A DNA stretch of 63,800 nucleotides, counting the filler, from Asterionella formosa (taxonomy: Eukaryota), in the NCBI GenBank assembly GCA_002256025.1. It is 14 parts of 14 records of this genome, joined end to end, with 100 filler letters (N's around TTAATTAATTAA, not from the genome) between each part and the next. Parts side by side here need not be neighbours in the genome. Positions count along the whole stretch, not along the records: positions 9,157 to 13,631 come from NKIB01013506.1; positions 13,732 to 18,204 come from NKIB01013507.1; positions 18,305 to 22,777 come from NKIB01013508.1; positions 22,878 to 27,348 come from NKIB01013509.1; 10 more parts are not named here. One strand, written 5' to 3'. The notes under the pieces are model-generated. The model was given only the letters and a program-made list of their open reading frames with translations. It was not told the DNA's origin and did not search any database. A program made the position numbers and the translations under genes. This document shows, piece by piece, positions 12,000 to 24,123 of the stretch (positions within the stretch are counted from its first letter, which is position 1; the number at the start of each line of letters is the position of its first letter).

Positions 12000-12860
12000 A
12001 AATAGCTTTCACTCGTCACAGGCACGTTCGAGCAGAAGGTGAAAACCTTCGCCAACGGTACCGCCGAGGAGTACATTAGGTGGAAATTAGCATTTGCCGA
12101 TGTCATCATGCTTTTTTTTAATCATGCTCCGGACTCGGCACATGCCGCGACTACATTCAATATAGCCAAAAAAACAGGTACTGTCCACGTACCGTAGTTT
12201 CGGACTTACGCCGGCTTAATGCAAAAATATCAAACGAAAACCGTTTCCCGGCATTAGATCTTAACATGGGATACTATGCAATTCGTTTCGATAAAGAGGC
12301 ACAAAACTTAAGTACTATAATTTTCCCTTGGGGCAAGTATAGATATAAGCGATTACCAATGGGAATCAACTGTGCCCCGGACATTTTCCAAGAAAAAATG
12401 TCAAACTTAATGACAGGCCTGGGTACGTACGTACTTAGACGACCTTCTGGTTATTACCTCGGGATCGTTTCACGATGACCTACAGCATGTACGAATTGTA
12501 CTGCAAAGATTATCCGAAGCGGGCCTTCGGATAAATGCAGACAAGTCGACATTCTGTGCTATCGAAATTGAGTATCTTGGTTTTTGGATAACTCGTCAGG
12601 TTGTTCAACCAATAATGACCAATAAAATCGAGGCAATTCAAAATATCGCCATACCAGCCACACGTAGACAGCTACGACGCTTTATTGGTATGATAAATTA
12701 TTTTCGCGATATGTGGATCAGACGTAGTGATCTTTTAGCACCGCTAACAGCAATAACTTCCACAAAAATCCCGCTGGGAATGGACTAATATCCATCAAAT
12801 TTCCATGTGCAAAAATAAAGGACGTTTTGAGTCAGGAAGTATTATTATCGTACCAACATT
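12000..12860 (+). mobile_element. Ty3/gypsy LTR retrotransposon relic (gag fragment plus reverse transcriptase with frameshifts)
   Basis: LDLNMGYYAI..FPWGKYRYKRLPMGINCAPDIFQEKM, YLDDLLVI after a frameshift, LRINADKSTF..IEYLGFWI and LRRFIGMINYFRDMW. A gag-like KTFANGTAEEYIRW lies at about 12040-12085. Confidence 0.9.
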
Positions 12861-13246
12861 TTGTCGGTAGAAGTCGAAAGGGAAAAATTCTCAATCTAAT
12901 TTCTCAAAATGTCCTCATCAGTCATGGAACGTTTTCATACAAGAAGATCCATTATGTATTCTATATAAGTTTACATGACCATATGTTATATTGATAAATA
13001 TCGGTAGATGATATGTGTGACTTTTATCGGTAGATGATATGTGTGACTAACAATATTGTCTTTTTATCACATACACAAAAGCCAATGAGTTGCATCGTAG
13101 AATTCACGACAAGTCATAGAGAAACTATTTTGGCAGAATTCAATCACGACAACGACGACGACGACGAGACACGAACAAGAACCAAACAAAGAAGTATCTC
13201 GAATAAACCAAAGACAACTCTCATTACATTCAAGACGACATTGACA

Positions 13247-13631
13247 ATGCTAAGAGCATTTGGTTGGAAAAAGGAAACAGAATTAAAAAAATCTGTCAAA
13301 CGGTTGAAAGCGAATGATCCAAGTTTGACTGAACTTTATCTCAGTAGTAATTCAATTGGTGATGACGTAGCCAAGGCCATTGCAGAGGCTCTCAAGGTCA
13401 ATACTGTCTTGACTGAACTTGATCTCTATAATAATTCAATTGGTGTTGACGGAGCCAAGGCCATTGCAGAGGCTCTCAAGGTCAATACTGTCTTGACTAC
13501 ACTTTATCTCGGATTTAATTCAATTGGTGACGATTTACTAAATGATATAAACAAACTCATTGATGCAAACAAGAACCGCAAACCAACAGTAGCCAACACA
13601 ACTCAGCCAATGTCATCAACAACAACAACAA
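13247..13631 (+). CDS. RNI-like (28-aa) LRR protein, NLRC3-like repeats, 3' truncated
   Basis: RLKANDPSLTELYLSSNSIGDDVAKAIAEALKVNTVLTELDLYNNSIGVDGAKAIAEALKVN, with 84-nt DNA repeats. Confidence 0.85.
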
Positions 13632-13731
13632 NNNNNNNNNNNNNNNNNNNNNNNNNNNNNNNNNNNNNNNNNNNNTTAATTAATTAANNNNNNNNNNNNN
13701 NNNNNNNNNNNNNNNNNNNNNNNNNNNNNNN

Positions 13732-15558
13732 CCATTTCGGCATAACTGAAGATGTTTGTTATTGCCTTCTCATTAAACCATACTTCTCCCCATTGTGGAA
13801 GATCAGCCTTCATATTAGTGACCATGGATCCACCATTTGTGGCCAGGTGCATGCTTCCATTGGTTGAAATTCGAATGTTTTCAACCATTTTTGGATTGCA
13901 AAAGACTGTGACACTTGATTGATTATCCAATAGTATCCAGTCATGCATCTCAGATGCTTGGTAAAATTGTAGTTTCATATGAGCTCCCGTCCATCCAAAT
14001 TGATTGACATTTGCTTGTTGTGAAGCTTGTGATGACGGCGGGTTGTTGGAATTGACAGAGGTAACTGCACTTGTCTCCGATGTAGAAGCCTGTGCCTGTG
14101 CATGGCTTTGGGCCTGGTTGATAGCCCATTCCTCTTTGGGTTTGTTCTTTTCTTGGCACGAAGGAGATTTGTGACCTGCTCTACCGCAGCAGTAACATTT
14201 TCCCTCTAACTGTGCAAACGATAAGTTCACATCTTCGTCTTCCTTGTTTCCTGCATCCTTTTGTTCTCTATCTTTGTTATTATGATCTCCTGGTTTCTTG
14301 TGACTGATGGATTTATTTGTTACGTCAAACCGATGGTTGCTGAGAACGTTATTTGATTCTGTGATGGTCTTCGGGTATTGATCGTTGCCAAGTGATTGTT
14401 GAGTGTTCAGCCCGGTCATAATTGATCCATATTTGGCTTTATCCGCATTATCGAGGTATAAATACTGGGCCATAAATTGACTGAAAGCTTGTTTTGCGAA
14501 ATTTATCTTGTGGCTTGATGTCGGTCTCGTTGTATCCATCCATGGCTTCAACAAACTTGGTGAGGATAATTGGTCCTCCCACGTGTGACTTGAGCACATC
14601 TCGTGCCACACAAAATCTTTTGGTGTAGTCTTATACACTTTCTCCTTCCTTTTGCTTTGTAAATAAAGCGTTCTCATCACATCTAAAATGATCGACATTG
14701 AATATCGATTTTCTTGAAAAACTTTAATGCGTGTTCTTTAATTGCCATAAGCAATGTTATTGGGTTATTTTCGATCCTATTGTAATTGGATCTTGCTTCA
14801 ATCTTGTTCTTCATGGCTTTGTTGAATCTTTCCCAGAGCAACTCATATGCCTTGGTATTATTATTTTCGTAGGCCTGTACCCTTTTACTGTAGGTGTCAT
14901 AGTCAGCCTTGAACTCAGTCTCATATTGTCGATTCTCTGCAGTGCGATCTTCTTCTGTTGTTGCAATGCTCACTTGCATTCTTGGCTTCCATGCCAATGT
15001 GTTGATTGGCTCTAACCTGCTTTGCTGATCCAAGGTAGTAGTTATAGTCATTAACTGACTTCTTGATTGTGTGAGAAGCAATGCTCCCTCCCTTGGCTTG
15101 AAACTTGCCCTTGGCCTGAGCCTTCTTGGTAAACTTTCCTTTGCCACTCATGATGCGCCTTGTGCGACTTCTTCCCACTCTGGATGGTCTGGTACCATCA
15201 GATCTTGTCTCCGGACTCTCAACGGTCCACCTGCTATTGATTGTGATGTATGGCTCTCTATGGCGGGCTAATTCTACTAAAACTGTTGAAATTGTGTCCC
15301 GAAGCACTCTATGCTTTCTTTTATCCTGTAAGGACACGTCAGGGACCAAATAGGCTGTAGATATGAACAACGATGTTGCAGTAATCGATTGTAATCATTC
15401 CTAAGAGTTTTAGTAGAATTATGGGTTTTACTGTTGGCGTAGATTGTTTTCGAATTCTGAGTTTTCTCTGGTACCATATTTTTTTTTGTTTCATTCGATT
15501 CAATATGTAGTAGGTAATTTATAACGGGATTTTCTTTCCTAAAATAATTTCTCCAACA
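13732..15558 (-). mobile_element. Ty1/copia (diatom CoDi-like) element: 5' LTR, gag and protease, frameshifted
   Basis: gag starts at 15151 (MSGKGKF..DYNYYLGSAKQ). It has a zinc knuckle CYCCGRAGHKSPSC and the protease motif WILLDNQSSVTVFCN. The LTR at 15284-15558 ends TGTTG..CAACA. Confidence 0.9.
15284..15558 (-). repeat. LTR (275 bp), 5' LTR of the copia element
   Basis: TG..CA ends, and high similarity to 40597-40862 on another contig. Confidence 0.9.
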
Positions 15559-15819
15559 CACGGTACGTAAAATCAATGAATATGTGAACGATATAATTCA
15601 ACATTTCAGGTCTCATAAAAATAATAACGAGTCTACAGAGATAATATTATTACGTGTATAAAGTAAGCATTAAAGCATAGCTTAAAACATGCATGGTTGT
15701 TTTTAGTTCCACGTATGTATGTAGACTAGATGACTGCCGGTAACCAGTAGAATATCGGTTATGCATCATTACATACATGACCGGAGCAAAAACTTGCCAC
15801 CAACATCAGATGTATCGAA

Positions 15820-16204
15820 NNNNNNNNNNNNNNNNNNNNNNNNNNNNNNNNNNNNNNNNNNNNNNNNNNNNNNNNNNNNNNNNNNNNNNNNNNNNNNNNN
15901 NNNNNNNNNNNNNNNNNNNNNNNNNNNNNNNNNNNNNNNNNNNNNNNNNNNNNNNNNNNNNNNNNNNNNNNNNNNNNNNNNNNNNNNNNNNNNNNNNNNN
16001 NNNNNNNNNNNNNNNNNNNNNNNNNNNNNNNNNNNNNNNNNNNNNNNNNNNNNNNNNNNNNNNNNNNNNNNNNNNNNNNNNNNNNNNNNNNNNNNNNNNN
16101 NNNNNNNNNNNNNNNNNNNNNNNNNNNNNNNNNNNNNNNNNNNNNNNNNNNNNNNNNNNNNNNNNNNNNNNNNNNNNNNNNNNNNNNNNNNNNNNNNNNN
16201 NNNN
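15820..16204. other. Scaffold gap (N run)
   Basis: Run of N with no linker motif. Confidence 0.99.
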
Positions 16205-18682
16205 AAGAAATGCTTTCCTTAAGTAGACCCCTTGCTGATTTCGGCAATCCCAGGGCTGGAAAACCGAGAGGCAATTGGCGTCTGTTGTCTTGCCAAAATG
16301 CGAACATATGTTTCTGAATTGATTTGGACTTGTGGTTGCAGAGGTGTTGGAAGAGCAACAGCTTGATAGCGGAGGTTTCTTGGTGCTGTCGGTGCAGAAT
16401 TCTGGCAGTATCTGGCAGGGGGAGGAGGAGCAGGATGCGTCGAAAATTTACTGGCTGATGTTGATGTTTGTGAATTGGAAAATTGAGGAGGACAGGTTTG
16501 ATTAGGTTGATAGGGAGCAATGGAGTGATATATTGTTGGTGCTGGCGAGATACGTTGCCCACATTGTTTGCGACCTGGAGACTTTGCAATCTTTGTGCGA
16601 GTTTCGATAAAAGTGGCTTGCTAGCGTTGGGAAACAGGAAAAGAAAAATGTTAGTGTGTGTAAATTATACCTCGTAAAACAACAATCAACTGGCAACATA
16701 TTTCACTTCATTGGACAAGCTGGTTTGACCAGTGGATACTGATTTGTTGCAGCGTCAGGGAGTGGAGAAGTAATATGACAATAACCTTTATCAATGTTCT
16801 GAAGAGGAAGAAATACGTTTCATAATTAGTATACTGGACCATGGCGGGAACTCAAATATGACAACAACAATCAACAAGCACATACCTGTCCTCTCTTCCT
16901 TGTTGAATACGGGGTTATGCAGAACACCGGTTCCATCATGTTTTGGCTGCTTTGCGGAGTTTGCGATAGCTCATTGAGATTGACGACTTTTCATTTGTCA
17001 TTGTGGAAGATTATGCAGAAGTAACAAAAGTAATATTGTGATTAGAAAGCAATGAAACAATACTATTGTAGGGCAGCGGAAAACAGTCAACACATGAGCA
17101 CTAAAAATTGCTGTCGAGATCTGATTTGAGATAGTGTAGAACACGTAGAAAACATACTACAAAAATATTATCATAATTTAACAGCTGATCATATCTGACG
17201 AAAATACCGGCTCAATGACGAGATGGAAGCCTAACTTTGACCTGCCATAACGTTTTGAGTTTTGATACTCAACGAATGATTGATGTCGCTTTTGAACAAT
17301 CATTAATTTATTTATCACTACATATCAAATCTAGCGAAGGAGCTGACCGGAAAGGCTATCGGAAAATCAACAGAAAGGGGAACCGAAATTTTGGCGCCAC
17401 TGTGACGAAGCAAGCACGATGCAACGACATGAATCCAATAAGAAATCGAATTATCCAACAACCAGCCAGATCCATTTGATGAAGAGTCAGTACTTGAGAC
17501 ATCAATGACCAGATTTTGTATACATCGGAGCATGCTGGAAGATAGCAGGGATGTAAATAGTGGAATTGCTGTCAACACTTGAAAGAAAACCATCATTTCG
17601 TGCCTTCATGTAGCACCTCCTACTCTCGTCCAATTTCGGCAGTCGATTTTCCTGAAGTAAACGGCAGTCAATTGAGGGGCTATAGATGTCAGTAATCAAA
17701 TTCCCCTAAATAAACGGCAGTCGATTTCGGCAATAAAATCTAGGGGCTATTGAAAATATTGAAGGGAGTTTGGCAGTCGAAAAAAGGAGCATATGAAATA
17801 TACAAAAAAAAATTATGATGGGCAATTGCAGGATTGAGTAATCCAAAAACTGTACAAATGAAATCTACAAAATATTTTTTATATGATGGGCAATTGGCTA
17901 GTTCGCATCCAACATACAAACTATCTAAAATAGGTTTTCAATGTTAACTGAAAGGGCAAGAATGTAGTGGCGAAAAGCGCGCCGATTGCTAGTTTGTGAA
18001 TTGCCTAGGTAATACCCTACTCGGGAGGAGCCTACCTACTCGTAGTCTCGGGCGCCACTCGTTCGGTCAACCTACTCGCGCCTCCCAAGCCTCGAACACA
18101 AGAATACTCACAGGCTGTCTCCACCCTCGGTCGTGTATTACCTTCAGTAGTTTCAGAACCGAGCGTATCCCCTACCACCTGGTATGTACTGAGTCCTGAG
18201 TATGNNNNNNNNNNNNNNNNNNNNNNNNNNNNNNNNNNNNNNNNNNNNTTAATTAATTAANNNNNNNNNNNNNNNNNNNNNNNNNNNNNNNNNNNNNNNN
18301 NNNNAATGAAAGGAAGGCAGAGCGGTATTACCGTTATTTTGTTTTTAGTACCAGAATGTATGTATGCACTAAATAATCCATCCAGAATGATGTGGAACGA
18401 AAAAGACTCGAGAGACTGAATGCAACCTAGTACCGCTATGTGTGCATTGCCAGTATCGTTTACAGGTAGGAAGTAGCCATAAATTGCTTACCGGTAACTT
18501 CCATCGTTCAAATAATATTTATAACACACACATCGAAGAAACAACATCGCAACAAGGTATTCATATACCGGTACATATTAGATAAAATAGTATCTGGCAC
18601 CAGGTAGCAGTCAGATCAGATCAGATTCATCAGTATAAGCCATCAGCCAGCCAGCTAGCTAGCCATACATATACCCAAGACA

Positions 18683-20553
18683 ATGGCGAAATCAGCTCTC
18701 TTGCGTCGTCGGGGGACGATTCGTAACAATCATCAGCAATATCGCACTTCGTTAGTGATTGGATTGGTCGTTCTGTTGATTGGCTTGGCATTGTTATTGG
18801 GAATGTTGCTTGGAGCGAATTTGTTATTAACCCCTGCCACGGAAGCCAATCTGATTCATAAAGAAGCAGCAGCAGCAACTGTCGTGTCTCCTCAACTGTT
18901 GTTACTAAAGAACAAAGGCAATAACCAAGGAAAGCCATCCAATCTTCGTCAAGCAGTTGAAAAGAGTTTGGCCAACCATGCCACAGATGATTTCCCTGAT
19001 AAGAAAGCCAAAACTGAAACTGATTCTGATGCTAAAGAAGCAACCAACAAAAACAAGAGTTCACCCACCAAGCCCCTAAAGCCCATCCAACTTGGAGGGC
19101 CATATCCATACCCCTTGGATGAAGCCTTGGTTCCAAGAAATTTTGATTTTACGACATTTACTCCCAAGGGTGGATCTAGATTTGCCGAATACACCAATGG
19201 GACAAGTCCCTATGCTATCAATGACGATATCAAAAAACGATCGGACCAATTGGCACGATCTCGTAGAGTCCATATCAAGAATGCGATGAAATTTGCCTAT
19301 AACAATTATGAAAAATATGCATTTGGTCATGATGAAGTCTTGCCACAAACCAAGTCTTTTAATGACAATTGGGGTGGCATTGGGACTACGTTGGTGGATA
19401 GCTTAGACACATTGTGGTTGATGGGACTGAAAGAGGAGTTTTGGAGAGCCAGAGATTGGGTCAGGGATTCATTGAAACATGGGGGAGCTGTCAGTGTCTT
19501 TGAAACGACAATCCGATCACTCGGTGGGCTTTTAGCAGCCTACGATTGGTCGCACGATGAAGCATTCTTGGCCAAAGCGGCAGACTTGGGAAAACGTTTG
19601 TTCAAAGCATTTAATAATCCATCGGGATTGCCATTTAGTCAGGTTGATTTGACTACAGGACGTGGGAATAATATTGGATGGACGGGTGGGAATGCGATTT
19701 TGTCAGAGGTGGGGACAGTTCAACTGGAATTTAGGTATTTGGCCAAGGCGATTAAGAAACCCGAATACGCAACCAAGAGTGAAGCGGTTTTTGAGATTCT
19801 TAGTAAAATGAAGGGAATCCACAATGGCTTGTACTCCTACTTTATCAGGTCCAAGGAAGGAGAGCAAGTTGCCTTTGCCAATAACAGATTGACGTTTGGT
19901 GCCATGTCCGATTCAGTCTATGAGTATATGCTCAAAGTTTGGATTCAGGGTGGGAAAACAGAACCACTCTATAGAGATATGTATGACAAGGCCATGGATG
20001 GCATGCATAAAGAATTGCTTAAGCAGTCAACGCCGTCTGGATTATGGTACATTGCCGACATGAACAACTCCAATCTTGATACCAAAATGGACCACTTGGT
20101 GTGCTTTATGGGAGGACTTTTGGCACTTGGAGCATACACGGATCCATTGGGACTCATGTCGGACCGAGCACAACGGGACCTACAGACTGCCAAGGCGTTG
20201 ACCTATACGTGTTACCAAATGTACGCACGTATGAACACTGGAATTTCTGCTGAATTCGTTCAGTTCGTGCCTGACAAGGATTTTGAGATTGGGAGGGGAG
20301 CGCCGCATTATTTGTTGCGACCAGAAGCGGTGGAGTCGTTTTTTGTTTTGAATCAATTGACAGGAGACCCGATCTATCGAGAGTGGGGATGGGAAGTATT
20401 CATGGCGTTGGAAAAATACTGCAAGACGGAGATTGCCTATGGGAGTTTGCATGATGTGTCGCAAGTGGGTGCATCTCCGGAAGATAAAATGGAGTCTTTC
20501 TTTTTGGCAGAAACATTGAAATATTTGTATCTATTACAAGATCCTGACACAGA
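18683..20553 (+). CDS. MNS1: Mannosyl-oligosaccharide alpha-1,2-mannosidase (GH47), type II membrane; C-terminus falls in the gap
   Basis: N-terminal TM helix, AFGHDE, TLVDSLDTLWLMG, VSVFETTIRSLGGLL, GAMSDSVYEYMLK, MDHLVCF, YLLRPEAVES, MESFFLAETLKYLYLL. Confidence 0.95.
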
Positions 20554-21080
20554 NNNNNNNNNNNNNNNNNNNNNNNNNNNNNNNNNNNNNNNNNNNNNNN
20601 NNNNNNNNNNNNNNNNNNNNNNNNNNNNNNNNNNNNNNNNNNNNNNNNNNNNNNNNNNNNNNNNNNNNNNNNNNNNNNNNNNNNNNNNNNNNNNNNNNNN
20701 NNNNNNNNNNNNNNNNNNNNNNNNNNNNNNNNNNNNNNNNNNNNNNNNNNNNNNNNNNNNNNNNNNNNNNNNNNNNNNNNNNNNNNNNNNNNNNNNNNNN
20801 NNNNNNNNNNNNNNNNNNNNNNNNNNNNNNNNNNNNNNNNNNNNNNNNNNNNNNNNNNNNNNNNNNNNNNNNNNNNNNNNNNNNNNNNNNNNNNNNNNNN
20901 NNNNNNNNNNNNNNNNNNNNNNNNNNNNNNNNNNNNNNNNNNNNNNNNNNNNNNNNNNNNNNNNNNNNNNNNNNNNNNNNNNNNNNNNNNNNNNNNNNNN
21001 NNNNNNNNNNNNNNNNNNNNNNNNNNNNNNNNNNNNNNNNNNNNNNNNNNNNNNNNNNNNNNNNNNNNNNNNNNNNNNNN
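20554..21080. other. Scaffold gap (N run)
   Basis: Run of N with no linker motif. Confidence 0.99.
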
Positions 21081-21409
21081 TATTATAACAACGCGTTTTT
21101 CTCTTGACGAAGGTATCATTGTCTAAAAAAATAAATGAATGGCTCCATGACAAAGATGAGATTCACAATTGTAGGACACATTTTGGCATGGGGTGCTGGT
21201 TTCCTACTTCAAAATTTAAGAAGACACAACACGAAACTACGACCCGAAATTGGAACGATTGGAACGATTTCGTTTTTTTTTGCGTTTAGGACATAACTGT
21301 TTTACTTGCATTCTTTCAAAAAGGAAACGCGAAAAATGTGATGGCTCCACCAAACAACGAGGGGAGCATTAAAAATAGTTGCTTCCGAATCCACTATATA
21401 AATAGGAAG

Positions 21410-22693
21410 TTACCAGAACTGATACCATGCCTTGGTCGAAACAAAAGGGACTCCAAGTTCCAAAAGTTTGGAGAATGCTGATGCGAAATCTTTGAAAAAG
21501 GCAGCTTCGTCCTTGGCATACAAATCTACAAGCTTCTTGAACTCTGGGTCCAAGAGAAGAACAATGTCCGAAGGGAGCATCATAATTTTGCCAGTGCTGT
21601 CCTCAAACTGATCTGGACCTGTCCATGGCTTTCCATTGTGAGTGGTTTTGGGGGACCATCGTTCTTCCAACAACAAACGAAAGTACTCGTTACTAAAGGT
21701 GTTTTCGGCAAATGTCCATGGACCCCAATAGCCCGAGCGGTCCACGTGGCATCGGCCCATGGCATGGGCTCCCAATAAGGCCACAATGTCACGATCGTTC
21801 AAACCCATGCGGTAAAAGACATCACGAATGTGTTGCACTGTCTTGGGACGACTTCCTGTGTCGGCATCGGGAAGGCGGCCATCAGGAGGAGAGGTGTCAC
21901 CCGAGTCCATATCCACGCGTCCAGTACGGAAGGGAATAGTTGGTCCTCCAGCTTCTTCGACGGCAACCACGCCAGCCAAAGTGTACAAATCAGCATAAGA
22001 AATTTCGGGATGCTTGGCCTTGACGGGTTCTAGTGCATCGCGGGCCACTCCCAAACCGGCATTGGCTCCCCACGAGGCTTCAGGGTTGAACCTCATTCGG
22101 GCGCCGTTGGATCCGCCTGTTCCGTCTTCCTTGGAGAAGGACCCAGAGCAATGCCATGCTAGGCGAATGAACGTTCCCATGAGGGAGGTCCCGTCTCCAC
22201 GTTTTTCCATATCCTCTTCGATGACATTGACAATTGTGTCTCTCACTTTTTTGATATCCACGGCCTCCTTGGCTTGGGTTTCGATGGGTGCCGCATAATA
22301 GACAGCAAACGCTCCAAGAGTCATAGTTGTAGCAGGAGCCGCCATTCTCTGGTTGGTGTTGCAAAATGAAAGCAAGCCACATCAAGTTAGTTGGAAAACA
22401 TCAACTAGAATAAATGAAACCAAGATGTTCAGTTTGGTCGGAAATGTCACTCGCATGTCGCTCTACGTGTAATGTGCTTTAGCACCTAGTACCAGTACCC
22501 TAGTGAGGTACAATAGAATTGCTGACATCATCAAAAGAACTGTAACGAAAGATACCTTCGTATCCTCGTTTGACACGGCTTCGGAACTTGTCTCTCGTCA
22601 TCTCGCTTTATGAACCGGAGCATTGCTTCGTCTCATTCCTTCAAGGCCTACATTCGCACTTACAGTGGCCGTGAGGCGAGCTGCGTTCATCAT
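21410..22693 (-). CDS. CCP1: Mitochondrial cytochrome c peroxidase (class I heme peroxidase); 2 exons
   Basis: Exon 1 is 22693-22664 ([10 protein letters not shown]). The intron GTAAGT..CAG spans 22663-22349 and exon 2 is 22348-21410. Motifs: IRLAWH, GGSNGA.MRF, GRLPDA, LGAHAMG, GYWGPW, MLPSD. Confidence 0.93.
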
Positions 22694-23234
22694 GGTTGAC
22701 AGTAAATCAGAGAAGCAATAACAGAAAAGGATGGAACGATTTCTGGTTTGGTCGGTGATTGTTACTCCCTGGTCTCGNNNNNNNNNNNNNNNNNNNNNNN
22801 NNNNNNNNNNNNNNNNNNNNNTTAATTAATTAANNNNNNNNNNNNNNNNNNNNNNNNNNNNNNNNNNNNNNNNNNNNCCGGAGATTGCTTGCTGCCTCAT
22901 TATTCCTTGAAATCGACCCTGTCACATGCGGCTGATTGCTGATTATTTCTTCCTGCATTCAGTTCGATGCCCCCCTCCCCCCCCCCATCAAGTCGGCGTC
23001 TCCCCTGCCGTTCCTCCTCCAGCCACATTGCATCATCCGCTGTGCTTACAAGAGCAACGACAGGACATAAGTGCAAATAACAATCAACAGTTACAACAAT
23101 GATGATGGTCTTGCCGAAGTGGTCTTGCCGAAGTTATGACATCATGATTTTGGACAACTTACCATTTCCTCAATTGTGTTCATCCCTGAAATCGAATCCA
23201 GTGCCAGAAATTCTATGCTTTGACGAAGTTACAT

Positions 23235-23388
23235 TTTCATCAAAAAAGCTAATATATTGCAAACTTACGTCATGAATCGAAATATGGGCCATAGTATTTT
23301 GCTGTGTAAATTTTCATCAAAAAAGCTAATATATTGCAAACTTACGTCATGAATCGAAACATGGGCCATAGTATTTTGCTATGTAAAT
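23235..23388. repeat. Tandem duplication of about 76 bp
   Basis: ttttcatcaaaaaagctaatatattgcaaacttacgtcatgaatcgaaa.atgggccatagtattttgct occurs twice. Confidence 0.9.
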
Positions 23389-24123
23389 AGCAAAAACGTG
23401 ATCACCATAACTTTCTCCTAATATGACATATTATGTAGTGGAGGGAAAATGGACTGGCTAACCTTCTTAACCAGAAACCTTCTTAAACAGTGACGATATT
23501 CTCAGTGGCAATACCGGATAATAAAGGTTAAAATGTAAAACGTAAACTAAAATTATGATATAAACTGTGAAAAATGGAAATGATCTCCAATGGTCAATCC
23601 ATTCCTCTCTTCCTGTAGAGTGATTCTGATTCCATACGTAAATAGTGCATACGTAATCCTTTTTCTCAAATTCTCAGGATCGGAACATATCCAGCTGTTC
23701 TGATCCTCCTCTATATATAATAAACCCCTAATACTGTAGACCAAGACGACGGGGATACGACAGGTACCTGGTACCAGTACATGGTACTCACTCATCACTT
23801 TCTCCGACGAATCATGTCTGATTTGTTGATGTTGCGAATACATTTTATATATGGACTTGTTTCAATATGGTGACGGTGTGCTATTCATCTCCATGTCCAT
23901 GTTGATGGATCCTTCTGTATGCAAAATGAACGAATTTACAAAACAAGCATCGCTCACCATGTATGTATCATCATCAGAGAAACATCCATAAAGAAGAGTG
24001 TAAAAGTAAATTTCAACAAACAGTTTAACAAAAACATACCCTACTTATTGATAATCAAAACATAACAGTTCCGTAATTACAATAATATAAACTAAATGAT
24101 CCTCCTAAATATTACCATAATGA

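Noticed and set aside
15759..16589. Long ORFs containing X runs (also 20400-21153)
   Set aside because: They are artefacts of reading through N gaps.
16205..17600. Short ORFs on both strands
   Set aside because: There are no recognisable motifs and many stops.
22349..22663. Long CCP1 intron as a box C/D snoRNA host
   Set aside because: TGATGA and CTGA occur, but box C is imperfect and there is no terminal stem or recognisable guide.
18683..22693. Functional link between the GH47 mannosidase and cytochrome c peroxidase
   Set aside because: These are ordinary convergent housekeeping neighbours acting in different compartments.
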